NCBI GenBank assembly: GCA_963816395.1
Contig: CAWFKQ010000013.1
Coordinates: 95,936 to 159,935 of the forward strand
Length of the DNA stretch: 64,000 nt
Source: an uncultured delta proteobacterium
Lineage (GTDB): Bacteria; Desulfobacterota; Desulfuromonadia; Desulfuromonadales; JACZKF01
Reading direction: 5' to 3'
Of the stretch, positions 1 through 10,641 are shown piece after piece (position 1 is the stretch's first letter; each line of letters begins with the position of its first letter). Under the pieces are notes generated by a model. It had not been told where the DNA came from and made no database searches. It was given only the letters and a program-made list of their open reading frames with translations. The translations under genes were made by a program, and so were the position numbers.

Positions 1-218
1 TAGGGCTTGAGCCCCAGCCGCTGCAGCTCCTCATAGTTCTTCAGGGCCGCCGCCAGCAGGTCGGAAGAGAGGGCCTCCGAGGCGATGCGGCCCCGGAAAT
101 CACGCCGGAAAATCTTCGCCTTCTCCCGGGTCCGGGTCAGGTCCGCGACCCAGTGCTCATCCTCCGGTCCCCCGTAGAGCGGCGACAGGTCCCAGCTCAG
201 CTCGGTGACGTCGTTCAT
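1..218 (-). CDS. pepF: M3 family oligoendopeptidase F, N-terminal part (truncated by window edge)
   Basis: Manual translation MNDVTELSWDLSPLYGGPEDE...; the WDLSxLY start is typical of PepF. AGGAGG RBS upstream. Not in ORF track. Confidence 0.7.
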   Translation of the reverse strand, partial: MNDVTELSWDLSPLYGGPEDEHWVADLTRTREKAKIFRRDFRGRIASEALSSDLLAAALKNYEELQRLGLKP

Positions 219-405
219 GTCTTGAAAACCTCCTGTAAAAGAAGGAAGAAAACTTATCGACTGGCGGCCCTGCTGTCAATGGCAAAATCCTTTGACCGCC
301 GCGTCCCTGCCATGCTACAAAAATCACTCCGGTGAAGTGCCTGTCTGCAGGCTGCACGTCGAAGCACGCCGGTTAATAGCAGTACCTGTCCAAGCGGGAG
401 GAGAC

Positions 406-909
406 ATGAATCTGGATGAGTTCAACCAGCAACTGGCCGCCGGCGACGGACGTACTGAAGCAGTGGCCCGCGCCCTCAGCCAGTTTTTCCAGGTGCAGAC
501 CGATGAGATCGGCATTTTCGCTTATCAGCCGAACCTCGAGATTATCCGCTTTCTCTGGCCACGGAAATTGCAGTCCCTGGGTTTCCTGCCGCTTTCCTCT
601 CCCGATTCCCTGGCCGCCAAGACCCTGCGGGAGAATAAAGCCTATCTCAACAATCGCTTCGCCACCACCATTCATCCCTCCATTTTCGAGAAAGTCAAAC
701 TCGACAAAGAGAAAACGGAGGCACCCACTCCCGTGCAGAAGATCCTCAGCGTGCCGCTGCAGGTCGGGGGAGTGAAGACCGGCGTCGTGCAGATTTGCCG
801 CAAAGGTCCCACTCCGGCCGAGGCCGGCGTCGATTTCAGCAAGGAAGATCTCGCCGCCCTGGTGGAAATCGCCCGGAAAATCGCGCCCCTCCTCGAAGTG
901 CAGGGGTAA
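406..909 (+). CDS. Stand-alone GAF-domain protein
   Basis: ATG 406 after GGGAGGAG; C-terminal ILSVPLQ...GVVQICRK...DFSKEDLAALVEIA is a GAF signature. Confidence 0.7.
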   Translation: MNLDEFNQQLAAGDGRTEAVARALSQFFQVQTDEIGIFAYQPNLEIIRFLWPRKLQSLGFLPLSSPDSLAAKTLRENKAYLNNRFATTIHPSIFEKVKLDKEKTEAPTPVQKILSVPLQVGGVKTGVVQICRKGPTPAEAGVDFSKEDLAALVEIARKIAPLLEVQG

Positions 910-1182
910 ATTAGAGTCTAACGGCAACCTTTGCTTCCGCTGGATTCTCCAGGCCTCTTCTTCCCTGAATCCTCTCCTCCTCCGTCTCTTGTAACAACCT
1001 CCCTTGCTTGGCAGCAGTCAATTGCGTCTCTTTCTTTCAGTCTCGCCGCCAGAAACTTTCGGTCATTGGATTAACGGCCCGGAACCCAGCGGTACTCCTT
1101 AGGGATTCCCGCCCTGTGACAGGACTGGAAAAGGGGCCGGGATTTGCTAACCTGAAGGCAGGAAAGCTAAAGGAGAGACGTG

Positions 1183-1480
1183 ATGAGCATTCGGTTGTGG
1201 TCAACCATGGCGATGGCGGTCCTGCTGGCCGGCTGCGCGGCTCCCTCCGGCCAGTGGACCTGGGTGCCCGCCCAGGAATCCGGTGTAGAGAACCTTTCGC
1301 AGGCGATCGCCGATTGCGAATATTACTCGCAGGTCGTCAATTCGAATGGTAACTTCAAGGGCTTCGAGAATGCCCGTCCCTACGGGGGATGGGGAGACTT
1401 TCTCCTTCGAGTTCTGCATGAATCAACGGGGATGGGAGCTGCGCTATCTGCCGCGGAAGGTGTCCGTCGCGCGAAGATAA
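1183..1480 (+). CDS. Small lipoprotein (frameshift near 1400)
   Basis: Lipobox LLAGC. Removing one T near 1400 gives ...DFSFEFCMNQRGWELRYLPRKVSVARR* ending at TAA 1480. Confidence 0.55.
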
Positions 1481-1520
1481 TCTGGAGGCGTTTTGACACG
1501 GAGCCACGGAGGCACAGAGA

Positions 1521-1604
1521 ACCCCCTCTCCCTAACCCTCTCCCACCAGGGGAGAGGGGAATTTAAGCTCCCCTCCCTTCGATGGGAGGGGCTGGGGGAG
1601 GGTG
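1521..1604. repeat. REP-like palindromic CCCTCTCCC/GGGAGAGGG element
   Basis: CCCTCTCCC-ACCAG-GGGAGAGGG hairpin followed by CCCCTCCC...GGGAGGGG-CTGGGGGAGGGTG. Confidence 0.65.
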
Positions 1605-1666
1605 CAAGGCAGCGGTTTCAGACCAGATGCGGAGGCGCAATCTTCTAGCCGGTGCTCGCTGCAGAG

Positions 1667-1700
1667 CAAAAAAAATGGGCAGAATAAAATTCTGCCCATT
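1667..1700 (-). terminator. Rho-independent terminator of the DcaP-like gene
   Basis: AATGGGCAGAAT-AAA-ATTCTGCCCATT hairpin with adjacent A-run (U-tract on minus strand). Confidence 0.75.
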
Positions 1701-1744
1701 ACCAAATATTAGGAGGTATTGAATAAATCGGCTAACCGATCATC

Positions 1745-2961
1745 CTAGAAGAAGTACATGGCCGCGACCTGGAAGCGGTTCGCCTTCCCTTTGTCGTCGG
1801 TGGCACCAGCCGGTTGCGCCAGGTATTTGGTTTCCAGGCGCTCATATTCAGCGGCCATCCGGAAGCCCGCGCCGAAGTCGTAGGTGACGTTGGCGTAGGC
1901 CCCTGAGTGGTATTGCTCTGCCGCGCCCGTGTAGTCATCGGCATTGAGAATGTTTCTACGCCGAGTAACCAACGACGAAACCGAGGGGGTCGGTCGGATA
2001 GAACATGAGCTGACCCCAGGCGCCGTAACCTTTGGCGGGGACCAGGTCGCCGTTGTTGTTCTAGGACGGTCGCCTGCGAGTTGGCAGCCAGCCCGCCTGC
2101 CTTCAGGCCGGCGGAAACGTAGGTCTGCCCTTCAAAGGACAAGGTCATGGCGCGGCTCTTGCCGTCGCTGGATCTCAGCACCGGGACATGGGTGTAAAAG
2201 CCGTAACCGTAGATGTTCCGTTTTTCATCCTGATTGCCTGAGATTTTCTCTTGCCCCCAGATGCCGAAGACGCCCGCGATCAGGGGCTGCATCGGAATCC
2301 CCCAGTAGCCGGGGGAGACGCCGAGCGCCTTGCTGTTGAACATCGCCTGGCCGGCAACGTTCACGCCGCTGGTTTCAAAGCCGGGATTGGCATTCTGGAC
2401 GGGATCCTGCACCCCGCCGATCAGCGTCAGCCAGTTGCTGTCGTTGAAATGGATATTGTGGGTAAGGCGGGCCTGGGCGACCCGGGGGTTGTTCGGGACG
2501 CCAAAATTGCCACCGGTATTGAAGTCAACCGTTGACGCCGCGCCCGGAGCGAAAATATCCCAGAACTGGCCGAACATGAACTGGGTGTCTTTCCACGCCA
2601 GAGTGCCGGTCGCGTGACGCATGCGGAAATTGCCCGATGAATTGGAGCCGCCCGGGCCGTAGAAGTCGCCCTCGACGAAACCGATCATCTTGGCGCCGAG
2701 GACCTCGCCGCCGGAGACCTTCAGATGAATACGGGATTGGCGGGCGGTGAGAATCGACTGCTGCGTTTCCGACGCCGGGGTGCCATCCGCCTTCACCGGA
2801 CCGGAAAGAGGTCCCAGGGCGGCATCCTGGTGGATGTAATCGAGTTTAACGTAACCCCCGATGGAAGCATCCCATTTGCTGCTCACCGTGCCAGCGGTGG
2901 CGTCCAGACAAAGAAAGCCAACGAACGAAAAGGCAACTGCCAACAATAAAATCTTTCTCAT
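1745..2961 (-). CDS. DcaP-family outer-membrane porin (frameshifts near 2062 and 1962)
   Basis: Signal peptide MRKILLLAVAF; motifs GGYVKLD, ARQSR, EGDF, RMRHA, GQFW; C-terminal Phe (AAMYFF) in the 1745..1972 frame; AGGAGG RBS. Confidence 0.75.
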
Positions 2962-3232
2962 GCTCGAATTCCTCCTACATAGGCTTAAATTTGGGAACAT
3001 CCCAGCTTCTGCGCCATTTCAGGCAGAAATTAAAAAGGAATCTAAAACGCCCACCCCCTTTCATTAAAAATTAGGGGAGATGGTGGCTCTTTGCCGGCAA
3101 GTGTCGCCAGGTACGCTGCCGCCTCCCATGAGTTGCTTACTTGAAAATTCCCGCTCCTGGATTTTTTCTCGGTGATTTTCCACGATTGCCGGTGCAAAGC
3201 CCCGGCTGAAAATGAGCATTAGGATGCTGGAA

Positions 3233-3261
3233 TACTAACAGATCGAAATTTTACACGTCAA
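3233..3261 (-). promoter_or_regulatory. Sigma70-like promoter upstream of the DcaP-like gene
   Basis: TTGACG, 17-18 nt spacer, TAGTAT on minus strand. Confidence 0.4.
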
Positions 3262-3304
3262 CAAAAAATAAAACAAAGTTATATTATAAAATCTTCTTAT
3301 TTCC

Positions 3305-5127
3305 CTAATTTTCGGCGAAAAAAGGCCCGCCGACAGGGCGGGCGACAATAGAAACTGCTACCTCTTTGATCAGCGGAAACGCGATCAGCCGACTCCTTGC
3401 CTCGCCGCCGAAAAGGGAACCCGATTCGGAGACGACCAGGAGGATCGCCTTGTCCGTGACGGCCAGGCCCTGGATCGGATTTTCCAGCGGCTCGCCGAGG
3501 CTGCCCTTGACGAACATGCCATCGCGGTACTTGAGAACGGCTATCCAGCTTTTGCTGATCCCTGGACCGATTCCCGGCGCCCGGAAGGATGAGCCTTCGC
3601 AGGCGATGGCCACCAACTCGGGACGGCCGTCGCCGTCCAGGTCGGCGGCCACCGGCGCCACCTCGAAGGGGGTGGTGGTGAAGAGCCGGTCCGCCGCCCC
3701 GGGATTGAGATCGTAGGTCATCGCGGAGATGCTGCCGCCCATCTGCTGGGAAGACTCGTAAATCGATTTTCGGCCGTCGTAAATGGTCAGGGTGCGGTTG
3801 CGGACGGTCACTGTCTGCGGGTGACCGCTGCCGGTGAGGTCGGCGAAAAGGCTGCCCTGGATGGGGAAAGGACGGGAAATTGCGAAAGAGGGGTCAACCA
3901 GGTCGACTTTCCCACCCGCCAGATGCACCTCCTTGATATGGTCGCCGAAGAAAATGTCGCGATCGAAGTTCTGGGCGAGCAGGGTCTCGGGCTGGCCGTC
4001 GCCGTCCCGGTCGAAGCTGCCCAGAATCGAAGAAATCTCTTCCCGTACCGGCACCAGCCGGTCGCCCCGCAGAGCATAGATCGATCCGGAAACCGTCAGG
4101 CCGCTGGCCGGACTATAGGCGCCGTTCTCTTCCATGCCAGAGGTGACGGCAAGATAAAGCTGACCGCCATTCTCGGGGCGCCACCAGTGCAGGGCATAAA
4201 TCGGCCCCGGGCGGGTGGTGTCGCCGGCGGCCAGCAGGCCCAGGCCATTGGTGACGGCATAGACGCGGATTTTCGAGCCGTCGGTGGCGGCGAGCAGGAG
4301 GCGGTCGCCGTCGCGGACGAAATCGGCCATGACCGTCCGCCCGGAAAGATCGCCGATCTTTTGAAAGCCCGGGTAGGTGACTCCGCCGTCTCCCGCACTC
4401 TGGCCGCTCTGCCACTGAACGGGCACGGCCGCGGGAGCAGCTAAGGCCGCCGCAGCGGGGGCAGCTACAGGCACCGGGACGGGGGAGTGAACAATGCTTC
4501 CCGCCGTCGGGGCGGTTTTCGGCCAGCTATAGGAGCGGATGACCTGGAAGCCGGCGCCGTGTACGGTCAGGCTGTCATCGGTATAGACGAAGATCAGCCC
4601 CGCATCGGCAGCCGGGGCGGTGGGAGTGGCGGGACGGTTCGCCTGGGCGGCGGCATAACCCTGCCACTCGAGATCGGGCAGCGCCTGTTGCAGTTCCTCG
4701 AAGTAAGTCTCCCCCCGGCCGGTGTAGTCCCAGAATGCCGCCGGCACCCCGGCAAAGCGGCGCACCTGGTCGCCGCGCTGAATTTTCTCCCCTTTTCCCA
4801 CTGGCTGGGTGTAGGAATACCCTCCCTTGACCCGGGTGACCTGGAGAACGGCCTTGACCCGGTCAAGGCTGCCGAGGACTTCCTTGGTGACCGGGTGGAT
4901 GATCTTTTCGCCGGGCTCGACCACGCTGACCAGGTCGCCGGGAGCCAGCCCCTTGCTGGCATCGAGGTCGATCAGGTATTCGTTCCCCACCGCCATGATG
5001 AGGATGCCGGAGGCCGGCTTGAAATCGTGGCCGATCTGTTCGGGGATGCCGGCCTGCGCCGGGGGAACGGCAAACAGCAGGGAAAGGAGAAGACGGGGAC
5101 GGCCAGTGCGGAACGACGGCAGGACAT
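3305..5127 (-). CDS. Exported FG-GAP/VCBS-repeat protein with N-terminal beta domain (frameshift in signal peptide near 5095)
   Basis: Repeats DRDGDGQPE, ADLTGSGHP, ADLDGDGRPELV. Signal peptide MSCRRSALAVP/LLLSLLFAVPPAQA spans two frames. True stop may be TAG at ~3358 before the hairpin. Confidence 0.65.
3318..3343 (-). terminator. Probable Rho-independent terminator
   Basis: GCCCGCC/GGCGGGC stem followed by a U-tract on minus strand. Confidence 0.5.
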
Positions 5128-5209
5128 GGAAACAAACCCTTTCTGACGACAGTCTATAACAATGGCAGGTCGGGTCAGGATAATGGATTTTTTCTCAGGA
5201 ATAAAGAAG

Positions 5210-5244
5210 AAAAGGGGCCGGGCTTTGCAGCCCGGCCCCTCTTT
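5210..5244 (-). terminator. Rho-independent terminator after the porin gene
   Basis: AGGGGCCGGGCT-TTGC-AGCCCGGCCCCT hairpin with A-run. Confidence 0.8.
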
Positions 5245-5267
5245 GTAACGATCTGTCGGCGTTCCGC

Positions 5268-6615
5268 TTAGAAGGAGTAGCGGACGCGGGCGGTGGTGCG
5301 GAAGATGTCGTCCGCCGAGCCAGTGGCGGTGAAGTTGTCCATGCCGTCGTCGGAGAAGAGATAGCCGGCATTGACGGCCAGTTCCACGTTCGGATACAGC
5401 TTGTAGGAGATGTGGGCGTCGATCTCGGTGCCGAGCTTGTCCTCGCCGTTCGGCAGGTCTTCGGCGGTCATCACGTACATGACGGCGGCGCCGAGCGACA
5501 GCTTGTCGTTGGCCTTGAAATCAGCGGCCAATTTGTTGAAGATGGCGCCCTTGTTCAGGAAGTAGGGAGCCTCGGTGAAGTAGTTGTCGTCGGTGTAGCC
5601 GCCTTCAAAGAAGATGACGCTGTCGAAGAAGTCGACGTCGGTAGCCATGAAGTTGTCGATATCGCCGTCGGTCGCGTCGTCATCGCCGGAGACATACCAG
5701 CCGGTGTAGGTCAGGCGGACCTTGCCCAGGTTGACGCCGAGATCGGCATGGCCGAAGTAGCCGCCGAGGTCCAGATCATTGCCGGTGCCGCCGACATGGC
5801 CGCCCTGGTAGGCCGCATCCCAGTTCACGAACAGGCCGACGCCGCCGGCCGGGAAGGTGACGGAGCCGTCGGTGCCGATGGTGTAGATGCTGTACTGGGC
5901 GTTGCCGACCTGCTTCATTTCATAAACGGTGTTGAAGTCGGTGACGCTTCCCTCATCGTCGCTGTTGGCGCCCTGGTAGAGGGCGAAGACGCCGGCCTTG
6001 ATGTCCTTGGTCGGCTTGAAGTCGCCGCGCAGCATGAGGGCGTCGTTGTCCTCGAAGGTGCTGTCGTCATGGTCATCGTTGAAGGACTCGCGGCCGCGCA
6101 TCCAGGCGGCGGTGTAGGCGACCGGGCCGGCATCGCCCTTGAGCTGGACGCCCATGACGGTTTCCGACCAGACGAACTTGTTGACGGTGAAAGGCTGCAG
6201 GCCGATGATGACCCGGTTCTTGTTGGCGGTGGGCAGGGCGATGTCGGTGTAGGCCCAGCGGGTCTCGATGTTCACGCCGTCGCCGGAGTAGGTGGCGCCG
6301 CCGCCCTTGCTGTATTTCGAGTCGCCGAAACGCAGGGCGCCGAGCTCGATGGCGTACACGCCCTTGACCTTGCCGTCGTTGGTGGCCATGTCGGCCCACA
6401 GGCGGTACTTGATGTCGCCCCAGAATTCGGAGATGGAGTTGTGACTGACCGGCGTACTCCTTGATGGTCTCGCTGCCGGCGTACATTTTCGCCTGATTGG
6501 TGTAAAGGTTGAAACGGTTGTTCAGATCGCCGTGCACCGCAACCTCGGCGGCCATGGCCGACCCGGCAAAGCCGAAAGCCAGCAGCGCCGCCAGAAAAAA
6601 TGCAAATCTATTCAT
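5268..6615 (-). CDS. OmpJ-like deltaproteobacterial outer-membrane porin (frameshift near 6445)
   Basis: Signal peptide in the 6073..6615 frame joins the 5268..6389 frame (GVYAIELGALRFG, NIETRWAY); C-terminal ARVRYSF with terminal Phe. Confidence 0.75.
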
Positions 6616-6688
6616 TGCTTTTGCCTCCTAAATAAATGAGATGTCAACGAATACCGGCGGGGCAGCCAGAGGCCGACCCGTCGGCTTG

Positions 6689-6835
6689 TTACTGGCCCCC
6701 GTTAACCGGCATTTGAAATTCATAGCCGCAGGCGGGGCATTTGACGTGGGTCTTCTCCGGAGGGCGCGAAGTGGCGCATGCGGAGAGGGAAACGGCGAAC
6801 AGGACCATCAGTAGCAACGTGCCCAGCTTTTTCAT
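6689..6835 (-). CDS. 48-aa lipoprotein with a single CxxC motif
   Basis: MKKLGTLLLMVLFAVSLSACATSRPPEKTHVKCPACGYEFQMPVNGGQ*; lipobox LSAC; strong RBS AAAGGAGGTG; below ORF-track cutoff. Confidence 0.75.
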   Translation of the reverse strand: MKKLGTLLLMVLFAVSLSACATSRPPEKTHVKCPACGYEFQMPVNGGQ

Positions 6836-6920
6836 CTTTTCACCTCCTTTCCTGCAGAGCGGTTCACCATTGGGCCATTGCGACCATGAAGTGCACAGTT
6901 AATGAAACACCATCCAGACA

Positions 6921-6937
6921 TACAACAATGGTGCCAA
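6921..6937 (-). promoter_or_regulatory. Sigma54-like promoter for the lipoprotein-porin unit
   Basis: TTGGCAC-CATTG-TTGTA versus consensus TGGCAC-N5-TTGC; one mismatch at -12. Confidence 0.4.
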
Positions 6938-7158
6938 GCATTTTCTCCACTTAAGATTCAATTAAACTACAGAAATTCATGGGAATCAAGCCATCTTTGG
7001 GGGCCAGGCCGATAATTTTCTTCGGACCTGCTTTTTTCTCTGTTGAGGTAGCGCCACACCCCTGTGGTATTTGAAACACAGGAAGGTCCCCTTCGGAACG
7101 AAAAAGCGGTAGCCTTTGCCCGATTGTCAAAGATCAAAGGGTGAAGCGGGAAAACCGT

Positions 7159-7638
7159 TCAACCGCCCAGGAGCTTGCCGATACTCTCCTTCAGCGCGGC
7201 GGCGCCGATCAGGCTGCCGTCCCGCTGCACCTTGAAATCGCGGTCGATCAGCAGCAGGCGCGGAATCAGATAAAGATTGTAGGCCCTGGCAGCCCGGCCA
7301 TCGTCGAGCAGGATGGGGTGGGCGAATTCCATCCCCTTGACATAGTCCCGGACCATCTGTTCGGAGTCCTGGACGAATACTTCAACCACGGCGACGTCAT
7401 GCGCCAGCAGGTAGTCCTTGAGCTGCCCGATCTCCTGGCTCTGCTGCTGGCAGGTAGGACACCAGGTGGTGGCCAGCTTGAGGACAATGACCTGCCCCTT
7501 GAAATCGGAGAGGCTGACCTGCTTCCCCTCCAGGGTGGGCAGCTTGAAATCGGGAGCGAGGACGCCGTTTTCGACGGCCCGCGACAGGGGCGCGAAGGCG
7601 AACAGGAGCAGGACCAGGAGCAGACGTGGTGAATACAT
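7159..7638 (-). CDS. TlpA/ResA-like thioredoxin-fold redoxin
   Basis: Signal peptide; APDFKLPTLEGKQVSLSDFKG; WCPTC active site; cis-Pro region YLIPR. Confidence 0.8.
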   Translation of the reverse strand: MYSPRLLLVLLLFAFAPLSRAVENGVLAPDFKLPTLEGKQVSLSDFKGQVIVLKLATTWCPTCQQQSQEIGQLKDYLLAHDVAVVEVFVQDSEQMVRDYVKGMEFAHPILLDDGRAARAYNLYLIPRLLLIDRDFKVQRDGSLIGAAALKESIGKLLGG

Positions 7639-7872
7639 TTTTTCGCATACAGACTCCGATGGGACGTTGAGTCCTGCCGCAAAAGCTTAACAATCCGGCA
7701 GGGCAAGTCAAGGGAATGGTTCCGGCGACGCTGTACCCCTCCTCCGTTCTAAAAAAGTCCCGTAAGTGTAGAGAAAATAAAACATATTGTCAAGGTGGGA
7801 AATTAATGCCCTGAAATCCAGGCCGAGGAAACGGAGCGTTGGGGAGTGTCGTCTTCTCCGGTTAGGGACCGG

Positions 7873-8301
7873 TTAGGTTCCGGTTATTTCTTGCTGCCCC
7901 TGCGGTTGGCAGAGCTCGGTCAGCACGCCGCCGGTCGCTTTGGGATGGAGGAAGGCGATCAGGGTGCCATGCGCGCCCCGGCGCGGTTCGGCATCGATCA
8001 GGCGGATATCCCGCTGGCGGAGCTCGGTCAGGGTGGCGCGCAGATCTGCCACCTGATAAGCGAGATGGTGGATCCCTTCACCGTTCTTCTCCAGAAACCT
8101 GGCAACCGGCGAATCGGCAGAGGTGGGCTCGAGCAATTCGATCCGGCTCTCGCCCACCGCCAGAAAGCCCACGCGCACTTTCTGCTCAGGCACCTCTTCG
8201 CATCCCTCGAAGGCCATTCCGAGAACATCCCGGTAGAAGGGAAGGGCGGCTTCGATACTGCGAACGGCGATGCCGATGTGGTCGATTCTTTCTGATTTCA
8301 T
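7873..8301 (-). CDS. mce: Methylmalonyl-CoA epimerase
   Basis: IDHIGIAV, RIELLEP, GEGIHHLAY, FLHPK..GGVLTEL motifs; next to the mutase. Confidence 0.92.
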   Translation of the reverse strand: MKSERIDHIGIAVRSIEAALPFYRDVLGMAFEGCEEVPEQKVRVGFLAVGESRIELLEPTSADSPVARFLEKNGEGIHHLAYQVADLRATLTELRQRDIRLIDAEPRRGAHGTLIAFLHPKATGGVLTELCQPQGQQEITGT

Positions 8302-8343
8302 AAAATCCCCGTAACTGTTCTGGTCAAAGGAACGAGAAGGCTA

Positions 8344-8445
8344 TTAACGCAAAGGGCGCAAAGAAGAATGAAAGGCGCAAAGGAACCGAAGCCAGATTCT
8401 GAATTTCTTTGCGACTTAATTTCAACCTTTGCGGCTTTGCGTTAA
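8344..8445. repeat. Empty AACGCAAAG inverted-repeat element
   Basis: TTAACGCAAAGGGCGCAAAG...AAAGGCGCAAAG paired with CTTTGCGAC...CTTTGCGGCTTTGCGTTAA. Confidence 0.8.
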
Positions 8446-8490
8446 GAGAGCGTGGCCTTAGACTCAAGCCCTGAATAGCCATAAATCCCC

Positions 8491-8970
8491 AACGCAAAGG
8501 CGTGAAGAGGAAAGACAAGGCGCCAAGATTATTTACAGCCCGTTAACAACTCTGTGAATTCCGTCAGCAACCTTGGTCTCGCCAAAATTGATCAAAAGTC
8601 CAAGCTTTTTGTTTGTCAGTCGGAGATAGGTCAAAAGCTGAGCCTGAAAAACTGGATTTATTTTTTCAACGGCCTTCGCCTCAATGATGACTTTATCACT
8701 TACAATCAGATCAAGAAGCAAAGGACTTTTTATCTTCACGCCCTTGTAGAGAACCGGCACTTTTACCTGTCGTTTTACTTCAAAGCCTCGCAGCCCGAGT
8801 TCACATCCCATGGCCTCGACGTAAACGTCCTCCAGTAAGCCAGGGCCGCCAAGTTCCCGGTGCACCTCAATTGCAGCGCCAATGATGGCATTGCTGATCT
8901 GGTTCTCGTCCACTCCCCCTCCTAATTTTACTTTGCGCCTTGCCCTCTTTCTTTGCGTCTTTGCGTTAAA
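8491..8970 (-). mobile_element. Putative GxxExxY cassette bounded by inverted AACGCAAAG arms
   Basis: Arms at 8491-8527 and 8931-8970 are mutually inverted and enclose only the GxxExxY ORF. Mobility is inferred. Confidence 0.55.
8533..8913 (-). CDS. GxxExxY family protein (PD-(D/E)xK-like)
   Basis: GTG 8913 after AGGAGG; IIGAAIEVHRELGGPGLLEDVY, DLIV, IIEAKAV, QLLTYL, GLLINFG; AT-richer than neighbours. Confidence 0.9.
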   Translation of the reverse strand: MDENQISNAIIGAAIEVHRELGGPGLLEDVYVEAMGCELGLRGFEVKRQVKVPVLYKGVKIKSPLLLDLIVSDKVIIEAKAVEKINPVFQAQLLTYLRLTNKKLGLLINFGETKVADGIHRVVNGL

Positions 8971-10621
8971 GCACCACAGTCTCCTGATGCTCGCCAAAGA
9001 CCTCGCGCAGAATGTCGGAAATCTCCCCGAGGCTGGCGTAAGCCTTGACTGCGGCAATGATGTGCGGCATGAGGTTTTCGGTTCCCTGGGCGGCCTGGCG
9101 GAGACGATCCAGCTTCTCCCGCAGAACACCACTGTCGCGTTGCCCTTTGATCTCCGCCAGCGACTGCTTCTGGTTGATTTCCACCTCCGGCTTGATCTTC
9201 AGCAGGTCCCTGGGGGCCTCCTCCTCAACGGTGAACTGGTTGACGCCGACGATGATCTGTCCCTTGCTCTCGATGCCCTTCTGATAGGCGTAGGCGGAGT
9301 CCTGGATCTCTTTCTGCTGAAAGCCTCGGCTGATCGCCTCGGCGGCTCCGCCGAGTTCGTCGATGCGGCGGATGTAGGCCGTCGCCTTTTCCTCGATCTG
9401 ATCGGTCAGGCTTTCCACCAGATAGGAGCCGGCCAACGGGTCGATGCTGTCGGCGACACCCGATTCACAGGCGATCACCTGCTGGGTGCGCAGGGCGATG
9501 CGCACCGAATCCTCGGTCGGCAGGGCGAGGGCCTCGTCCCGGCTGTTCGTATGCAGCGACTGGGTGCCGCCCAGTACCGCCGCCAGGGCCTGAATGGTAA
9601 CGCGCATGATGTTGTTGTCCGGCTGCTGGGCGGTCAGGGTGCAGCCGGCGGTCTGGGTATGGAAACGCAGCATCTGACTGCGCGGGTCCTTCGCTCCAAA
9701 ACGATCCCTCATGATTTTTGCCCAGAGGCGGCGGGCGGCGCGGAATTTGGCCACCTCCTCCAGCAGGTTGTTGTGAGCATTGAAGAAGAAGGCGAGGCGC
9801 GGAGCGAACTCATCGACATCGAGCCCGGCCCGCACTGCCGCTTCCACGTAGGCGATGCCGTCGGCCAGGGTGAAAGCCACTTCCTGCACGGCCGAGGAGC
9901 CTGCTTCGCGGATGTGATACCCGGAGATGGAGATGGTATTCCACTTCGGGACGTGCTCTCTGCAGAAGGCGAAAATGTCGGTGATGATCCGCATCGATTC
10001 CTGCGGCGGGTAGATGTAGGTCCCCCGGGCCATATATTCCTTGAGGATGTCGTTCTGGATCGTTCCGCTGATCTTGTCGGCAGAAACTCCCTGCTTTTCC
10101 GCCACGGCAATGTACATGGCCAGCAGAATGGCGGCGGTGGCGTTGATGGTCATGGAGGTGGAAACCCGGTCCAGGGGGATGCCTGCGAAGAGGGTCTCCA
10201 TATCGGCGAGGGTGTCGATCGCCACGCCGACCTTGCCGACCTCGCCATCGGCCATGGCACTGTCCGAATCGTATCCCATCTGGGTGGGGAGATCGAAGGC
10301 GACGGAAAGCCCGGTCTGCCCCTGCTGCAGCAGATAGCGGTAACGTTCGTTCGACTCTCTGGCGGTGCCGAAGCCGGCGTACTGCCGCATGGTCCAGAAC
10401 TGACCCCGGTACATGGTCGGCTGCACGCCGCGGGTATAAGGGAATTCGCCGGGCAGGCCGAGCCGCTCCAGGTACCCCGGATCATCCTCGGCCGGCAGGA
10501 AAACGCGCTCGATGTCGATATCGGAGGTGGTGCGAAAATCCGGCCGGCGCTCGGGGCGCTTGTCGAGGACCTTTTTCAGGGTGGTCGATTCCCATCGGTG
10601 CTTTTCATCTTGGATATTCAT
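8966..10621 (-). CDS. Methylmalonyl-CoA mutase, substrate-binding large subunit (no B12-binding domain)
   Basis: [14 protein letters not shown] (Tyr specificity residue), [12 protein letters not shown] (Arg), [17 protein letters not shown]. Confidence 0.92.
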   Translation of the reverse strand: MNIQDEKHRWESTTLKKVLDKRPERRPDFRTTSDIDIERVFLPAEDDPGYLERLGLPGEFPYTRGVQPTMYRGQFWTMRQYAGFGTARESNERYRYLLQQGQTGLSVAFDLPTQMGYDSDSAMADGEVGKVGVAIDTLADMETLFAGIPLDRVSTSMTINATAAILLAMYIAVAEKQGVSADKISGTIQNDILKEYMARGTYIYPPQESMRIITDIFAFCREHVPKWNTISISGYHIREAGSSAVQEVAFTLADGIAYVEAAVRAGLDVDEFAPRLAFFFNAHNNLLEEVAKFRAARRLWAKIMRDRFGAKDPRSQMLRFHTQTAGCTLTAQQPDNNIMRVTIQALAAVLGGTQSLHTNSRDEALALPTEDSVRIALRTQQVIACESGVADSIDPLAGSYLVESLTDQIEEKATAYIRRIDELGGAAEAISRGFQQKEIQDSAYAYQKGIESKGQIIVGVNQFTVEEEAPRDLLKIKPEVEINQKQSLAEIKGQRDSGVLREKLDRLRQAAQGTENLMPHIIAAVKAYASLGEISDILREVFGEHQETVVL

Positions 10622-10641
10622 GGCAGTCTCCTGGGTCGTTG

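Noticed and set aside
8966..10621. Isobutyryl-CoA or other variant acyl-CoA mutase
   Set aside because: It keeps Tyr in RQYAGF and Arg in KEYMARG, typical of methylmalonyl-CoA mutase, and lies beside mce.
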